DNA from: Patescibacteria group bacterium | GTDB taxonomy: Bacteria; Patescibacteriota; Patescibacteriia; Buchananbacterales; UBA6539 | Length of the DNA stretch: 64,000 bases | Assembly (NCBI GenBank): GCA_041662625.1 | Contig: JBAZSB010000001.1 | Span: forward strand, 855,710-919,709 | Reading direction: 5' to 3' | Part shown: one piece after another, positions 1-9,259 of the stretch | Position numbering within the stretch: the first letter of the stretch is position 1 | Layout: each line of letters begins with the position of its first letter | The notes under the pieces: model-generated | The model's database searches: none | The model's input: the letters and a program-made list of their open reading frames with translations, nothing else | What the model was told of the DNA's origin: nothing | Program-made: the position numbers and the translations under genes

Positions 1-89
1 TAACGGTATAATTGTTATTTTTTTGGCTTATGCTTTAGTTTATGTGATGTTATTTTCAATGGGTGGAGCTATAGGTAGTAAATAAAAAA

Positions 90-494
90 ATGTTTTTAAA
101 AAAAATTAATTTAATAACAATAATTGCCCTTTTACTTTTTAATTTTCTGCTAGCCGATATCAGTCAAGCGAGTGTTTTTGAGCAAATTATGAAAGGATTC
201 TCCACGACTGGTGATAAGGCGGGTTATGCCCTAAGTGGTCAAGCTCCGGCTCAAGAATTTGTTCCAGCTTTTATGGCTTATATCAATAGCTTCTTGGCTA
301 TAATAGCTGCTTTATTCATGGTCTTGATAATTTATGGCGGCTACCTTTGGATGAATGCCCGCGGCCGCGAGGAACAAGTTGAACGGGCAAAAAAATTAAT
401 TCTTGGTGCTGTTATTGGTATGGCTATAATTTTAGGCGGTCGTATGATTGCCGAACTAGCTTTATTTGTCCTGAATAAAACTTTACCAACATAA
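90..494 (+). CDS. Small secreted/membrane protein, paralog 1 of 7 (signal peptide plus C-terminal 2-TM hairpin); TrbC/VirB2-like pilin-type architecture
   Basis: N-terminal hydrophobic signal peptide, hydrophilic segment, then the conserved core IYGGYLWMNARGREEQVERAKK..ILGAVIGMAI shared with the next six ORFs. Confidence 0.55.
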   Translation: MFLKKINLITIIALLLFNFLLADISQASVFEQIMKGFSTTGDKAGYALSGQAPAQEFVPAFMAYINSFLAIIAALFMVLIIYGGYLWMNARGREEQVERAKKLILGAVIGMAIILGGRMIAELALFVLNKTLPT

Positions 495-919
495 TGAAAA
501 AACACCTTAGATTAATCAGCAGTTTCCTTATAATTTCTTTCTTGGTGCTTGTGTTTCTGCCAAACACCGCTTCAGCCGAATCAATCTTCCAAAAGATGCT
601 GGGTGGCTACAAAACCGCTGTCAATAAAGCCTACGGCGGTGAAACCGGCGCTAAAACAAATATCGGCACTTTTTCGGGTGGCTTATTTATCATTGTCAAT
701 TATCTCTTAACATTAGTTGGAATTGCCTTTTTCTTACTTTTAATTTATGCCGGCTACCTTTGGATGACGGCACGTGGTAATGAAGAACATGTTGAACGGG
801 CAAAAAAAATCACTCGCGAAGCCGTAATTGCCTTACTTATCATCCTTTTGGCCAGAATCTTCACCGAGCTTGTTATTTATTACATCGGTAGTGCTGCTAC
901 TTCTACCCCAACCCCATAA
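494..919 (+). CDS. TrbC/VirB2-like small membrane protein, paralog 2
   Basis: Core IYAGYLWMTARGNEEHVERAKK; the start overlaps the previous stop (ATGA); same architecture as paralog 1. Confidence 0.55.
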   Translation: MKKHLRLISSFLIISFLVLVFLPNTASAESIFQKMLGGYKTAVNKAYGGETGAKTNIGTFSGGLFIIVNYLLTLVGIAFFLLLIYAGYLWMTARGNEEHVERAKKITREAVIALLIILLARIFTELVIYYIGSAATSTPTP

Positions 920-924
920 CAAAT

Positions 925-1347
925 ATGACAAAAATCAGAAAACAAATTATTATCTTCACCCTTTTGGCAATAATAGTGACCGGCCTTTTACCAACCAATT
1001 TTTGTTCGGCCGAAACGGTATTTGAAAGGATGAACAAAGCCCTTTCTACTTCAGACTTACCTACTGGCGGATCAAACCCCGATGCCAAAGCTCAAGAAAT
1101 CGTGGGAAAAATTATTGCCACTTTTTTAAGTATTTTCGGTATTATGTTTATGGCCTTAATGATTTATGGCGGCTACAAATGGATGATGGCTTCTGGCCGG
1201 GAAGAAGAAGTAAAAAAAGCCAAGGATACCATCCGGGCCGCCATTATTGGCTTAATTATTGTGATGATGGCCTATGCCATTAGTTACTTCGTGGCCAGCG
1301 GCCTCCAAAGGGCAACTACTGGTACTAGTACTGAATCAACAAAATAA
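925..1347 (+). CDS. TrbC/VirB2-like small membrane protein, paralog 3
   Basis: Core IYGGYKWMMASGREEEVKKAKD..IIGLIIV; signal peptide plus 2 TM. Confidence 0.55.
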   Translation: MTKIRKQIIIFTLLAIIVTGLLPTNFCSAETVFERMNKALSTSDLPTGGSNPDAKAQEIVGKIIATFLSIFGIMFMALMIYGGYKWMMASGREEEVKKAKDTIRAAIIGLIIVMMAYAISYFVASGLQRATTGTSTESTK

Positions 1348-1351
1348 TCTT

Positions 1352-1753
1352 ATGAGCAAAAAAATAACAATTATTCTACTAGCAGTTACTACCTTGATGG
1401 TTTTAACTTCCATTATTGCCCCATCGGTATTGGCTATTGATATTACTAACAAATTACAAAATGTTGGTAATAACGCCGGCTATCCCAAAGATAATGCTAA
1501 TTCTTTACCTCAAATAATTGGTTTAGTAATTAAAGGCTTGCTTTCGCTTCTGGGCATTATCTTCATGTGTTACATTATCTATGGTGGCTATCTTTGGATG
1601 ACTGCGTCCGGCAAAGAAGAAAGTATTACTAAAGCCAAAGCCATTATTAAAGGCAGTATCATCGGCATAATTGTTGTTTTGGGTGCCTATGCTATTACGG
1701 AATTTGTGGTTGGCGCGGTCATCAGCGGCACTGGCTATTCAAAAACCGGATAA
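1352..1753 (+). CDS. TrbC/VirB2-like small membrane protein, paralog 4
   Basis: An in-frame ATG at 1352 (MSKKITIILLAV...) gives a signal peptide. Core IYGGYLWMTASGKEESITKAKA. The ORF-track start at 1274 overlaps paralog 3 and is unlikely. Confidence 0.55.
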   Translation: MSKKITIILLAVTTLMVLTSIIAPSVLAIDITNKLQNVGNNAGYPKDNANSLPQIIGLVIKGLLSLLGIIFMCYIIYGGYLWMTASGKEESITKAKAIIKGSIIGIIVVLGAYAITEFVVGAVISGTGYSKTG

Positions 1754-1772
1754 TAAATAACCCTTAACTAGC

Positions 1773-2183
1773 TTGATAAAAATGATTAAAAAATACCAAA
1801 AAGAAATCCTAAGCGCCATAATTTTAATTTTACTCCTAGCGCCAACCCTGCTTTTAGCGGCTAACCTAGATGCCTCCCGAAGCGACTTAGAAAAAAATTT
1901 AATGGAAGGAGCCAGTAATGCCGGCTACAAAACCACGGGTGGCCAATCATCAATAGCCGTTCTGGCCGGCACCGTAGTCCGCATGTTTCTTTCACTTTTA
2001 GGTATTATTTTTATTGGCTACACCATCTATGCGGGCTATCTTTGGATGACGGCGGGCGGTAATGAAGAAAATGTGACAAAAGCCAAAAATATTTTACGTA
2101 ATGTGGTTATCGGCTTGATTGTTGTTTTGGCTTCTGCTGCAATTTATCTATTTATTAAAACTGCTTTCACTGGTGCTGAGTAA
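1773..2183 (+). CDS. TrbC/VirB2-like small membrane protein, paralog 5
   Basis: Core IYAGYLWMTAGGNEENVTKAKN..VIGLIVVL. Confidence 0.55.
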   Translation: MIKMIKKYQKEILSAIILILLLAPTLLLAANLDASRSDLEKNLMEGASNAGYKTTGGQSSIAVLAGTVVRMFLSLLGIIFIGYTIYAGYLWMTAGGNEENVTKAKNILRNVVIGLIVVLASAAIYLFIKTAFTGAE

Positions 2184-2217
2184 GGCAACAATCAAATTTA
2201 AAAATAAACTAGAACAA

Positions 2218-2634
2218 ATGCCAAAAGCAACAAAAATCCTAACTTTTATCGCCCTCGTTATTTTAGCTAATTTTTTATTAACCAGCCTAAATGTCCAAGC
2301 TGCTACTCAATTAGTTGACCCTAATGTTTTAAATCAAGATACCGAGTTTATTAAAGAAACTGGCCTGGGCACAAAAGTTAGCCTCGGTGATGTGGTGAGT
2401 CGGATAATTAAAATTTTACTTTCCTTTTTAGGTGTTATCTTTTTTCTTTTGATGGTTTATGCTGGTTTCACCTGGATGATGGCCGCCGGCAATGAAGAAA
2501 AGGTAACAAAAGCCAAAAAAATTATGGCTTCCGCCGTTATTGGCTTAGCCATCGTCATTGCCGCCTATACAATTACTTACTTTGTAATTGATAAAATTCT
2601 TGAAGCAACGAAAGGTAGCTCCGGTTTAGACTAA
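2218..2634 (+). CDS. TrbC/VirB2-like small membrane protein, paralog 6
   Basis: An in-frame ATG at 2218 (MPKATKILTFIALV...) gives a signal peptide. Core VYAGFTWMMAAGNEEKVTKAKK. Confidence 0.55.
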   Translation: MPKATKILTFIALVILANFLLTSLNVQAATQLVDPNVLNQDTEFIKETGLGTKVSLGDVVSRIIKILLSFLGVIFFLLMVYAGFTWMMAAGNEEKVTKAKKIMASAVIGLAIVIAAYTITYFVIDKILEATKGSSGLD

Positions 2635-2658
2635 CTATTTATAACCAAATAAAACCTT

Positions 2659-3078
2659 ATGAAAAAGAACCTCTTAACTTTTTTCGGCCTGATTATTATC
2701 ACTAGTCTATTAACTTTGGTCCTAGTCCCCGTTCCGGTTTTGGCTGACGAAGAAATTGGCGATTTGATTGAGAATCAAATGGAGCCGATTCAAAATATTT
2801 ACGGCCAAGAGCAGGTTTCACCGGATACCTTTGCCGTTGCGGTGGCAAAAATTATTTCGATTGTGCTGGGATTTTTAGGCATTATCTTTTTAGTCTTAAT
2901 GATTTATGCTGGTTTCACCTGGATGACAGCAGCCGGTAATGAAGAAAGTATAACGAGAGCAAAAAAAACCATGATCGCCGCCGTCATTGGCGTGGCCATT
3001 GTTTTAGTGGCCTACGCCATCACTGTCTTTGTGATTAATTCTTTGCTAGAAGCTACAGGCGCCGAAGGATTTGAATAA
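2659..3078 (+). CDS. TrbC/VirB2-like small membrane protein, paralog 7
   Basis: Core IYAGFTWMTAAGNEESITRAKK..VIGVAIVLVAYAITVFVI. Confidence 0.55.
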   Translation: MKKNLLTFFGLIIITSLLTLVLVPVPVLADEEIGDLIENQMEPIQNIYGQEQVSPDTFAVAVAKIISIVLGFLGIIFLVLMIYAGFTWMTAAGNEESITRAKKTMIAAVIGVAIVLVAYAITVFVINSLLEATGAEGFE

Positions 3079-3101
3079 ACTAAAATCAATAATTTGTTTT
3101 A

Positions 3102-3128
3102 TCCCGACTTCGTGTCGGGATTTTTTTT
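3102..3128 (+). terminator. Rho-independent terminator ending the paralog array
   Basis: TCCCGAC-ttcgt-GTCGGGA 7-bp stem followed by T8. Confidence 0.7.
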
Positions 3129-3131
3129 AGA

Positions 3132-3240
3132 TTAACCCCCACACCTATTCCACCTATTAAATTTATATTTAAATAATCTTTTAGTAAATAAATAAATTAT
3201 CGATTCAGATGCTAATTAGCAAAATAGGTGTGGGGGTTAA
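3132..3240. mobile_element. 109-bp MITE-like element with perfect 18-bp terminal inverted repeats
   Basis: TTAACCCCCACACCTATT at 3132-3149 and its exact reverse complement at 3223-3240. The core is AT-rich. The element is flanked by TTAA, which could be a target-site duplication or part of the TIR. Confidence 0.5.
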
Positions 3241-3279
3241 TGCCTTGTTTTTGCCCCAAAGGCAAGGTAAAATAACTAC

Positions 3280-5235
3280 ATGAAAAAAGAAAGCTTAATT
3301 AATCATTTTATTACCAAAAAAAGTCGATGGGTAATAATTTTAGCCATCATTTTTTATCTTGTTTTATTTGGCTTTATCAGTCTTTGGAAATATTACAACT
3401 TTGGTTATAACGCCTTAGACTTAGCCATCATTAACCAGGTTTTTTATAATTCAAGCCAGGGGAATTTCTTTGCTTCCAGTATCCATCCGCCAACATACCT
3501 GGGTGATCATTTCTCACCGATTTTATTTCTGCTTCTGCCTTTTTATTGGCTTTGGCGCTCCCCGCAAATTTTGTTGATTTTTCAAACTCTTATTTTAGCC
3601 GCTTGCAGTTGGCCATTATACCTAATCACCAAAAAAGTGCTGGGACAAAGCTGGGCTCTTGGGTTAGTTTTAATCTGGCTACTTAATCCCTTTGTCCAAA
3701 ACATCAATTTGTTCGAATTCCACTTTTTGGCTTTGGGCATCTTTTTTATTTTTTGGGCTTTTTATTTTTACCAAAACAAAAATTTATTTGCTTATTTACT
3801 TATTTGCCTGCTGGCGCTAATGGTTCGGGAGGATTTAGCCCTAGTAATTATACTGTTTGGCCTGGTTGCTTTCTTGGAAAAACGGGGATGGCGCTGGTGG
3901 CTTGTAACAATTCTCCTGAGCGGGCTTTATTTTATAGCGGCTTTAAAAATTACCAGTTTTTTTGCTCCTGGGGAACAATATAAATTCTTAATTTACTATT
4001 CCTGGCTGGGCCAAACTCCGGCCCAAGCCCTGAATCACCTGGTTTTCCAACCCTGGCTTGTCATTCAGCAATTATTCAGATTTAATAATATAATCTTTAC
4101 TTTGGCACTTTTTTTACCCTGGGTATTTCTGCCTCTAATCAATCCTTTTTATCTTTTGCTAGGTTTAGGAATCTTTCTCCAATTGACACTGGGAAGTGGC
4201 GGCGGCTCCACCACAATTTTAGATACTTACTATTCAAGTCTGCTTTTACCGCCAATTTTTATTGCTGCCATTTATTCCTTAAAAAAAATTATTGATAATA
4301 AGTCAGATATTAGCCAAAAAATCCAAAATTATCGAGGGCTAGTCGGCTTAATTTTTGTTACTGGCATTATTTATTCCACCCTAACCCTTGGGCCAATTGT
4401 TGGCAGTCTGAATAAAATTTTTCAAACTGGCTTAATCTCCCCAACCAGCCAAAGTAAAAAAGAATTTATCGAAAAAATTCCTCCTGATGCGGCCGTGGCT
4501 ACAACTTACGATTTTTTGGCTCCCCTTTCTTCCCGGACAAACCTTTATTCATTTAATTACATTTTTTTGGGTAAACAACAATTCCTAACCAAAGACTATG
4601 CCCTACCAGATGACACCAAGTATTTGCTGATTGATTACAATGATTTCATCACTTACCAACTTCAGTATGGTAAAAATTTATTTTATCAGGCTCAATACCA
4701 AAAAGCAGCAAAAAATTGGCCAAAAACGCTATTAGGTTTTGGCCTAGTAGAAATCAAAGATAGCTTGGCTTTATACCAAAAAGGAGTAGCGGATAAATTC
4801 TCCTTAGTGGAAGTGCTACCAGAAATTCCTGCGGGGCTAAAAACAAAAAATTTGGTAATTACACCTGAAATAAAATTTATTGGTTTTAAAAAAATTGACA
4901 TGCAGTACCAACTATTCTGGGAAATCAATTTACCATTAACAAAAGATTACCAGCTTAACCTGTCCTTAGGCGGTGATGGAATCACTGAGACAAAGACTTA
5001 CCCTTTTGCTTATAATTTACTACAAACCGATAACTTGGGGGGTCAAACTATAATTCAAACCAACTATTGGCCAGATTTTATCAAAAAAGTCCCAAGCGGG
5101 ACCTATAATTTAAAAATTGATTTATCTGAAATTCAAGCGGGCGGGATTGAAGTCGATCAAATCCGATCAACGAAAAATGTAGTGGACCGAGAAAAGTTAA
5201 TTGGCGAAGTTTTAATTGGTCCAATTAATCTTTGA
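3280..5235 (+). CDS. Integral membrane protein (DUF2079-like N-terminal multi-TM domain) with a C-terminal extracytoplasmic domain
   Basis: 651 aa. The N-terminal 330 aa are polytopic. YYNFGYNALDLAIINQVFYNSS is reminiscent of DUF2079-family proteins that accompany GT clusters. Confidence 0.4.
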   Translation: MKKESLINHFITKKSRWVIILAIIFYLVLFGFISLWKYYNFGYNALDLAIINQVFYNSSQGNFFASSIHPPTYLGDHFSPILFLLLPFYWLWRSPQILLIFQTLILAACSWPLYLITKKVLGQSWALGLVLIWLLNPFVQNINLFEFHFLALGIFFIFWAFYFYQNKNLFAYLLICLLALMVREDLALVIILFGLVAFLEKRGWRWWLVTILLSGLYFIAALKITSFFAPGEQYKFLIYYSWLGQTPAQALNHLVFQPWLVIQQLFRFNNIIFTLALFLPWVFLPLINPFYLLLGLGIFLQLTLGSGGGSTTILDTYYSSLLLPPIFIAAIYSLKKIIDNKSDISQKIQNYRGLVGLIFVTGIIYSTLTLGPIVGSLNKIFQTGLISPTSQSKKEFIEKIPPDAAVATTYDFLAPLSSRTNLYSFNYIFLGKQQFLTKDYALPDDTKYLLIDYNDFITYQLQYGKNLFYQAQYQKAAKNWPKTLLGFGLVEIKDSLALYQKGVADKFSLVEVLPEIPAGLKTKNLVITPEIKFIGFKKIDMQYQLFWEINLPLTKDYQLNLSLGGDGITETKTYPFAYNLLQTDNLGGQTIIQTNYWPDFIKKVPSGTYNLKIDLSEIQAGGIEVDQIRSTKNVVDREKLIGEVLIGPINL

Positions 5236-6889
5236 TGACTTGATAAATTTGGACTTGGCCAGACTCAAAAACTAATCTTAAGTAATTTTTAGTGGCTGGA
5301 TCAAAACTACCCAGCTTTTTTTCATAATCACTATAAAAAATATAGTCAATCCCTTGCTTGTTTAAAAATTCTTTTTTGGCAGAATCTTGAGTATTATCTT
5401 TCAAAAACCAAATTAAATAAGGCAACTTGGAATCATAAAACAAGGTTTCGTGCAAATGAGCTAGATATACTGGCTGGCCAGAAAAACCGGGAATAAATTT
5501 TGCCGGCATTTCACTGGCCAAAACCACTTGGCCCAAAGGCTGATTTTTCAGCCAAGCCATGGCCGAAAGTACATCTTGGCTAAAATAAAATTTTTCTTTT
5601 ACTTCCTTTGGCTGAGCCGTAAAAAAATATAAATCGCGATAGAGGTTAAATAATGTTGATGGGCTAAGCAAAACAATAAACAAAACGCCCAGTAAAAATG
5701 GGTTTTCCACTAAAAAATTAGAGTAACTAGGTTTAAGTTTTGTTTTCAAGTAATCATATAAATAAAATAAGCCGGCAACGGTAAAAATCACCAAAACTAC
5801 ATGCAAGCCTTGAGTATAACGGCTATGAAAAGGCAGGGGTGAATAAATCAAAGCCAAATCTACCAAAAGCCAAACTAAGAGAAAAATGAAAGAATTGGTA
5901 AATTTTTTATTCCGCCCAAGAAAAACTAAGCCCAAAATCAACCCTAACCAAAGCCAGCCATAGCCCACGAAAACAAAAATTGGCGGCGATATAAAAGTTA
6001 CATTTTGGGCGGCCCGCTGGGCAATTACGGCACTGTTTTGAATCAACCAAAAATGATAAAAAATTGAAGGGGCAGAAAGTAAAAAAACTAAAATTAAATA
6101 CATCGCTTCAGTCCATAAAAATCTTTTGGCTTCTAGCATCAAAATAAAAAGGTACAGCCCCCCCACCCCAAAAATAACCGGGACATAATAAGGATGAAAA
6201 TTAAAATAAAATAAAGCTAAAACTCCACTAACCAAAGCATAACTAAGCTTTCTCTTTTCAAAAGCCAAAAGCATCAATAAAAAAATTAAAAGCATCAAAG
6301 TGATTGAAGCGATAAAATGAGAGGTTTGATATAAAGTGTTAAAGGTATTGGCCTCAGGTATCCATAAATCAATCGGCCAGCGATAAATTGAGGTATCAGC
6401 TAGGCCGAGCTTAAAAACCGGACCGGCAAAATAAAAACCAATGCCTGAGGCAAAAAATAAAAAAATTAAACAGATTTTCCGCTTCAGGACTTCAGGAAAA
6501 ATATAGCTAATAAAAAGATAGGCCACAAAAATAAAAATGGGAATCATTAAAATCCGAGAAAGCTGAAAACCCAATATGAGCGGCACGTGAAAAAATCTTA
6601 CCCCTAAGCCAACCAATGTCCACCAAACATTAAAAGTGCCCAAAGTCTGGGGCTCACTGGTAAATAAATCTTTAACCAAAAACTCACCTGAAGTAACTTG
6701 ATTAATATAAGAATAGTAAACCGGAATATCGCCCGGGCTTAAGGCGTGTAAACCATTATAAGCTGTTTGGCTCGGCGCATTTAAATAACCAACTAAATAA
6801 GGCAGGCCGGTTAAAATAATAATAACCACCGTTAGGATGGCGACAAACTGCCATTCTTTTTTGGAAATTGATTTAATTAGTTCCTTCAT
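5225..6889 (-). CDS. GT-C-fold-like polytopic membrane protein (putative polyprenyl-phosphate-sugar-dependent glycosyltransferase)
   Basis: 554 aa with more than 10 TM segments and a soluble C-terminal domain. Paralogous to 6910-8586: the C-terminal ends are shared (YIFYSDYEKKLGSF..YLRLVFESGQVQIYQV versus FVFYTKYEKSLGNF..YLKLVYKNPEVEIYQAW). Confidence 0.4.
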   Translation of the reverse strand: MKELIKSISKKEWQFVAILTVVIIILTGLPYLVGYLNAPSQTAYNGLHALSPGDIPVYYSYINQVTSGEFLVKDLFTSEPQTLGTFNVWWTLVGLGVRFFHVPLILGFQLSRILMIPIFIFVAYLFISYIFPEVLKRKICLIFLFFASGIGFYFAGPVFKLGLADTSIYRWPIDLWIPEANTFNTLYQTSHFIASITLMLLIFLLMLLAFEKRKLSYALVSGVLALFYFNFHPYYVPVIFGVGGLYLFILMLEAKRFLWTEAMYLILVFLLSAPSIFYHFWLIQNSAVIAQRAAQNVTFISPPIFVFVGYGWLWLGLILGLVFLGRNKKFTNSFIFLLVWLLVDLALIYSPLPFHSRYTQGLHVVLVIFTVAGLFYLYDYLKTKLKPSYSNFLVENPFLLGVLFIVLLSPSTLFNLYRDLYFFTAQPKEVKEKFYFSQDVLSAMAWLKNQPLGQVVLASEMPAKFIPGFSGQPVYLAHLHETLFYDSKLPYLIWFLKDNTQDSAKKEFLNKQGIDYIFYSDYEKKLGSFDPATKNYLRLVFESGQVQIYQVIKD

Positions 6890-6909
6890 AGTAGGTGATA
6901 CTTTTTATT

Positions 6910-8586
6910 TTACCACGCCTGGTAAATTTCAACTTCCGGATTTTTGTAGACTAATTTAAGATAAGATTTTTGGCCGGGCTGAAAATTACCCAGACTTTTT
7001 TCATACTTAGTATAAAAAACAAAATCAATTTTTTGGGCTTTAAGCCAAGCCTCTTTCTGATCGTCGATATCATTTGTACTAAAAAACCATTTTAAATCAG
7101 CCAATTTTTGGTCATAATTAACAGTCTGATGCAAATGACCAATATAAACTTTGTCACCGGTGATGGCCGGCATTGGATTTGCTACCCGAGGGGTGGCTAA
7201 AATTGTTGAGGGTTTTTCCGCTTTCAACCGAAGAGCGGCTTGGTAGTAACTGGCCGGAAAATAAAAAGCTTCATCATGACGCTGGTAAAAAATTAGATTG
7301 GAAACAAGAACCGAAATATTAGATAAAGCCAAAATAAAAAATAAGAAGATAGTAATTAAATAAGGAATAATTTTTAATTTGATTCGAGAAAAAAATAAAT
7401 CTAAAAATTTTACTGCCCCAAGTGACGCAAAGATGACCAAAGGGATAAAAACGGTGCTCAAAACCCGCCGTTGCTGGGAAAATGGTAAATAGGCTAAGAA
7501 TAAGTTAATTAAAAGCCAGCTTAACAAAAAAATAAATTTCCAGTCATTTTTTTTCGGCCAAAAATAGATTCCGGCCAAAGCAAAAATAAAAATTAGACCG
7601 TAACCGGTCAACAACCGAAAAATTGGCGGACTTTCGGTAAAGTTAGTCTGATTCCAAACAGGAAAAAACGGGTCAAACTTAAATAAAATCAGATAATAAA
7701 CAAAAATGGCGCCAAAAGCAGAAAAAATTATTCCTAGCCGTAAAATGAGTGGCTTTAAATCCACGACTTTTTGTTTAGTTAGCAAGTGAAAATACCAAAT
7801 AATCAAAACAAAAAAACTGGAAACAAAAGCAACCGTGATTAAGTCGTAGGGATGAAAAAATCCTAAAAATAAAACTAAGAGAAATAAACCAGTAATCAGC
7901 CAGTAATTCAGCTTAAGCTCGGAATTAATAAATAAATAAAAAATTAGCAATTCAACCAATAAAGCCAACGGTAATAGAGGGGAATGAAAAATATTAACAA
8001 AAACATTAAGCTCGGGCAAAAAAAGGTCAGCGGAAATCTGGTTAATAATCTCTAAGCCATTTAAATGAGAACTGAATTCCACAAACAAAGGATGTAAAAA
8101 GGCCCCAATTCCTGAGCCGAAAGCCAGCAACAAAAAACCAATTTTCCGCTGCCAAACGTCTTTGACAAAATAAGCAAGAAATAAATACAAAAAAATTAAA
8201 AGGCAAAAGCCAAAAACAATCCGGGCCACCTGATAGATAAAAATTTTGGGCAACTGACTTAACTTAACTAGTAAGCCTAAAAACAGCCAAAAAGGCTGAA
8301 CCATTAATGAATAGGCTAAATCGTGAGAGTAAAGATTAGCCAAAAAAAATTTCCCAATACTAGCCTGCTCCATTAAAGATAAATAGACCGTGATATCACC
8401 AACGTTAGTATAATTGCTCCATAAAAAATAATCATTGGAACTAAGATAACCATAAAGATAAGGTAGAGTGGTCAAAATGATCACTACTCCCCCGATAATC
8501 CAAACAAAGCGCCATTCTTTGTCTGAGACGGAATTAAAAATTTTACTTAAAGTCATTTTTTTAATCTTAAAAGCAAAACCTGCCAA
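6910..8586 (-). CDS. GT-C-fold-like polytopic membrane protein, paralog of 5225-6889
   Basis: 558 aa with the same architecture and C-terminal motif. Confidence 0.4.
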   Translation of the reverse strand: MAGFAFKIKKMTLSKIFNSVSDKEWRFVWIIGGVVIILTTLPYLYGYLSSNDYFLWSNYTNVGDITVYLSLMEQASIGKFFLANLYSHDLAYSLMVQPFWLFLGLLVKLSQLPKIFIYQVARIVFGFCLLIFLYLFLAYFVKDVWQRKIGFLLLAFGSGIGAFLHPLFVEFSSHLNGLEIINQISADLFLPELNVFVNIFHSPLLPLALLVELLIFYLFINSELKLNYWLITGLFLLVLFLGFFHPYDLITVAFVSSFFVLIIWYFHLLTKQKVVDLKPLILRLGIIFSAFGAIFVYYLILFKFDPFFPVWNQTNFTESPPIFRLLTGYGLIFIFALAGIYFWPKKNDWKFIFLLSWLLINLFLAYLPFSQQRRVLSTVFIPLVIFASLGAVKFLDLFFSRIKLKIIPYLITIFLFFILALSNISVLVSNLIFYQRHDEAFYFPASYYQAALRLKAEKPSTILATPRVANPMPAITGDKVYIGHLHQTVNYDQKLADLKWFFSTNDIDDQKEAWLKAQKIDFVFYTKYEKSLGNFQPGQKSYLKLVYKNPEVEIYQAW

Positions 8587-9257
8587 AAACTTTCTAAAAT
8601 TATTTTAAGATTAAATTTCGATTTGCCTTCGGCCCGTTCCGTAAAAATGATGGGGATTTCAGCAATTCTAAAACCGGCTTGATAGGCCTTAAAAGTAGTT
8701 TCAATTTGAAAATTATAACCAACTGAACTTAAATCAGCCAAATTAATTTTTTCTAAAACCGCGTGTCGGTAGCATTTAAAACCACCCGTCAAATCTTTAA
8801 GCGGTAAATTCAAAATCAAACGGGCGTAAATATTGCCAAACCGACTAATTAAGCGCCGGACCAAATTCCAATTTTTTGTTCCCCCGCCAAAAATATAGCG
8901 GGAACCTAAAACTAAATCATAATCTTTGATTTTATTCAAAAATTCCGGGATATATCTGGGATCATGGGAAAAATCCGCATCCATTTCAAAAATATAATCC
9001 GCCCCGCGCTTCAAAGCTTCGCTAAACCCAGCCAAATAAGCTTTACCTAAGCCGGCTTTCTGCTGGCGGTGTAAAATATCAAGCTGGGGATTAATCTTTT
9101 TTCGTTCTTCAACTATTCGGCCGGTGCCATCCGGTGAATTATCATCAACGACCAAAATATTCAAGCCCTCAATCCCTAAAGCAAAAATTTGTTCAATCAA
9201 CTTGATAATATTATTTTTTTCATTATAAGTGGGAATAACGATGATAATTTTTGGCAT
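8553..9257 (-). CDS. GT2 glycosyltransferase, polyprenyl/dolichyl-phosphate mannose(sugar) synthase-like (Dpm1/ArnC family)
   Basis: IIIVIPTYNEKNNI...VVDDNSPDGTG...EMDADFSH: the GT-A DXD region is typical of Dpm1-like enzymes. Confidence 0.75.
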   Translation of the reverse strand: MPKIIIVIPTYNEKNNIIKLIEQIFALGIEGLNILVVDDNSPDGTGRIVEERKKINPQLDILHRQQKAGLGKAYLAGFSEALKRGADYIFEMDADFSHDPRYIPEFLNKIKDYDLVLGSRYIFGGGTKNWNLVRRLISRFGNIYARLILNLPLKDLTGGFKCYRHAVLEKINLADLSSVGYNFQIETTFKAYQAGFRIAEIPIIFTERAEGKSKFNLKIILESFWQVLLLRLKK

Positions 9258-9259
9258 AA

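Noticed and set aside
828-1088. Small ORFs 828-1025(+) and 903-1088(-) overlapping pilin-paralog genes
   Set aside because: They overlap conserved paralog coding sequence and have no independent support.
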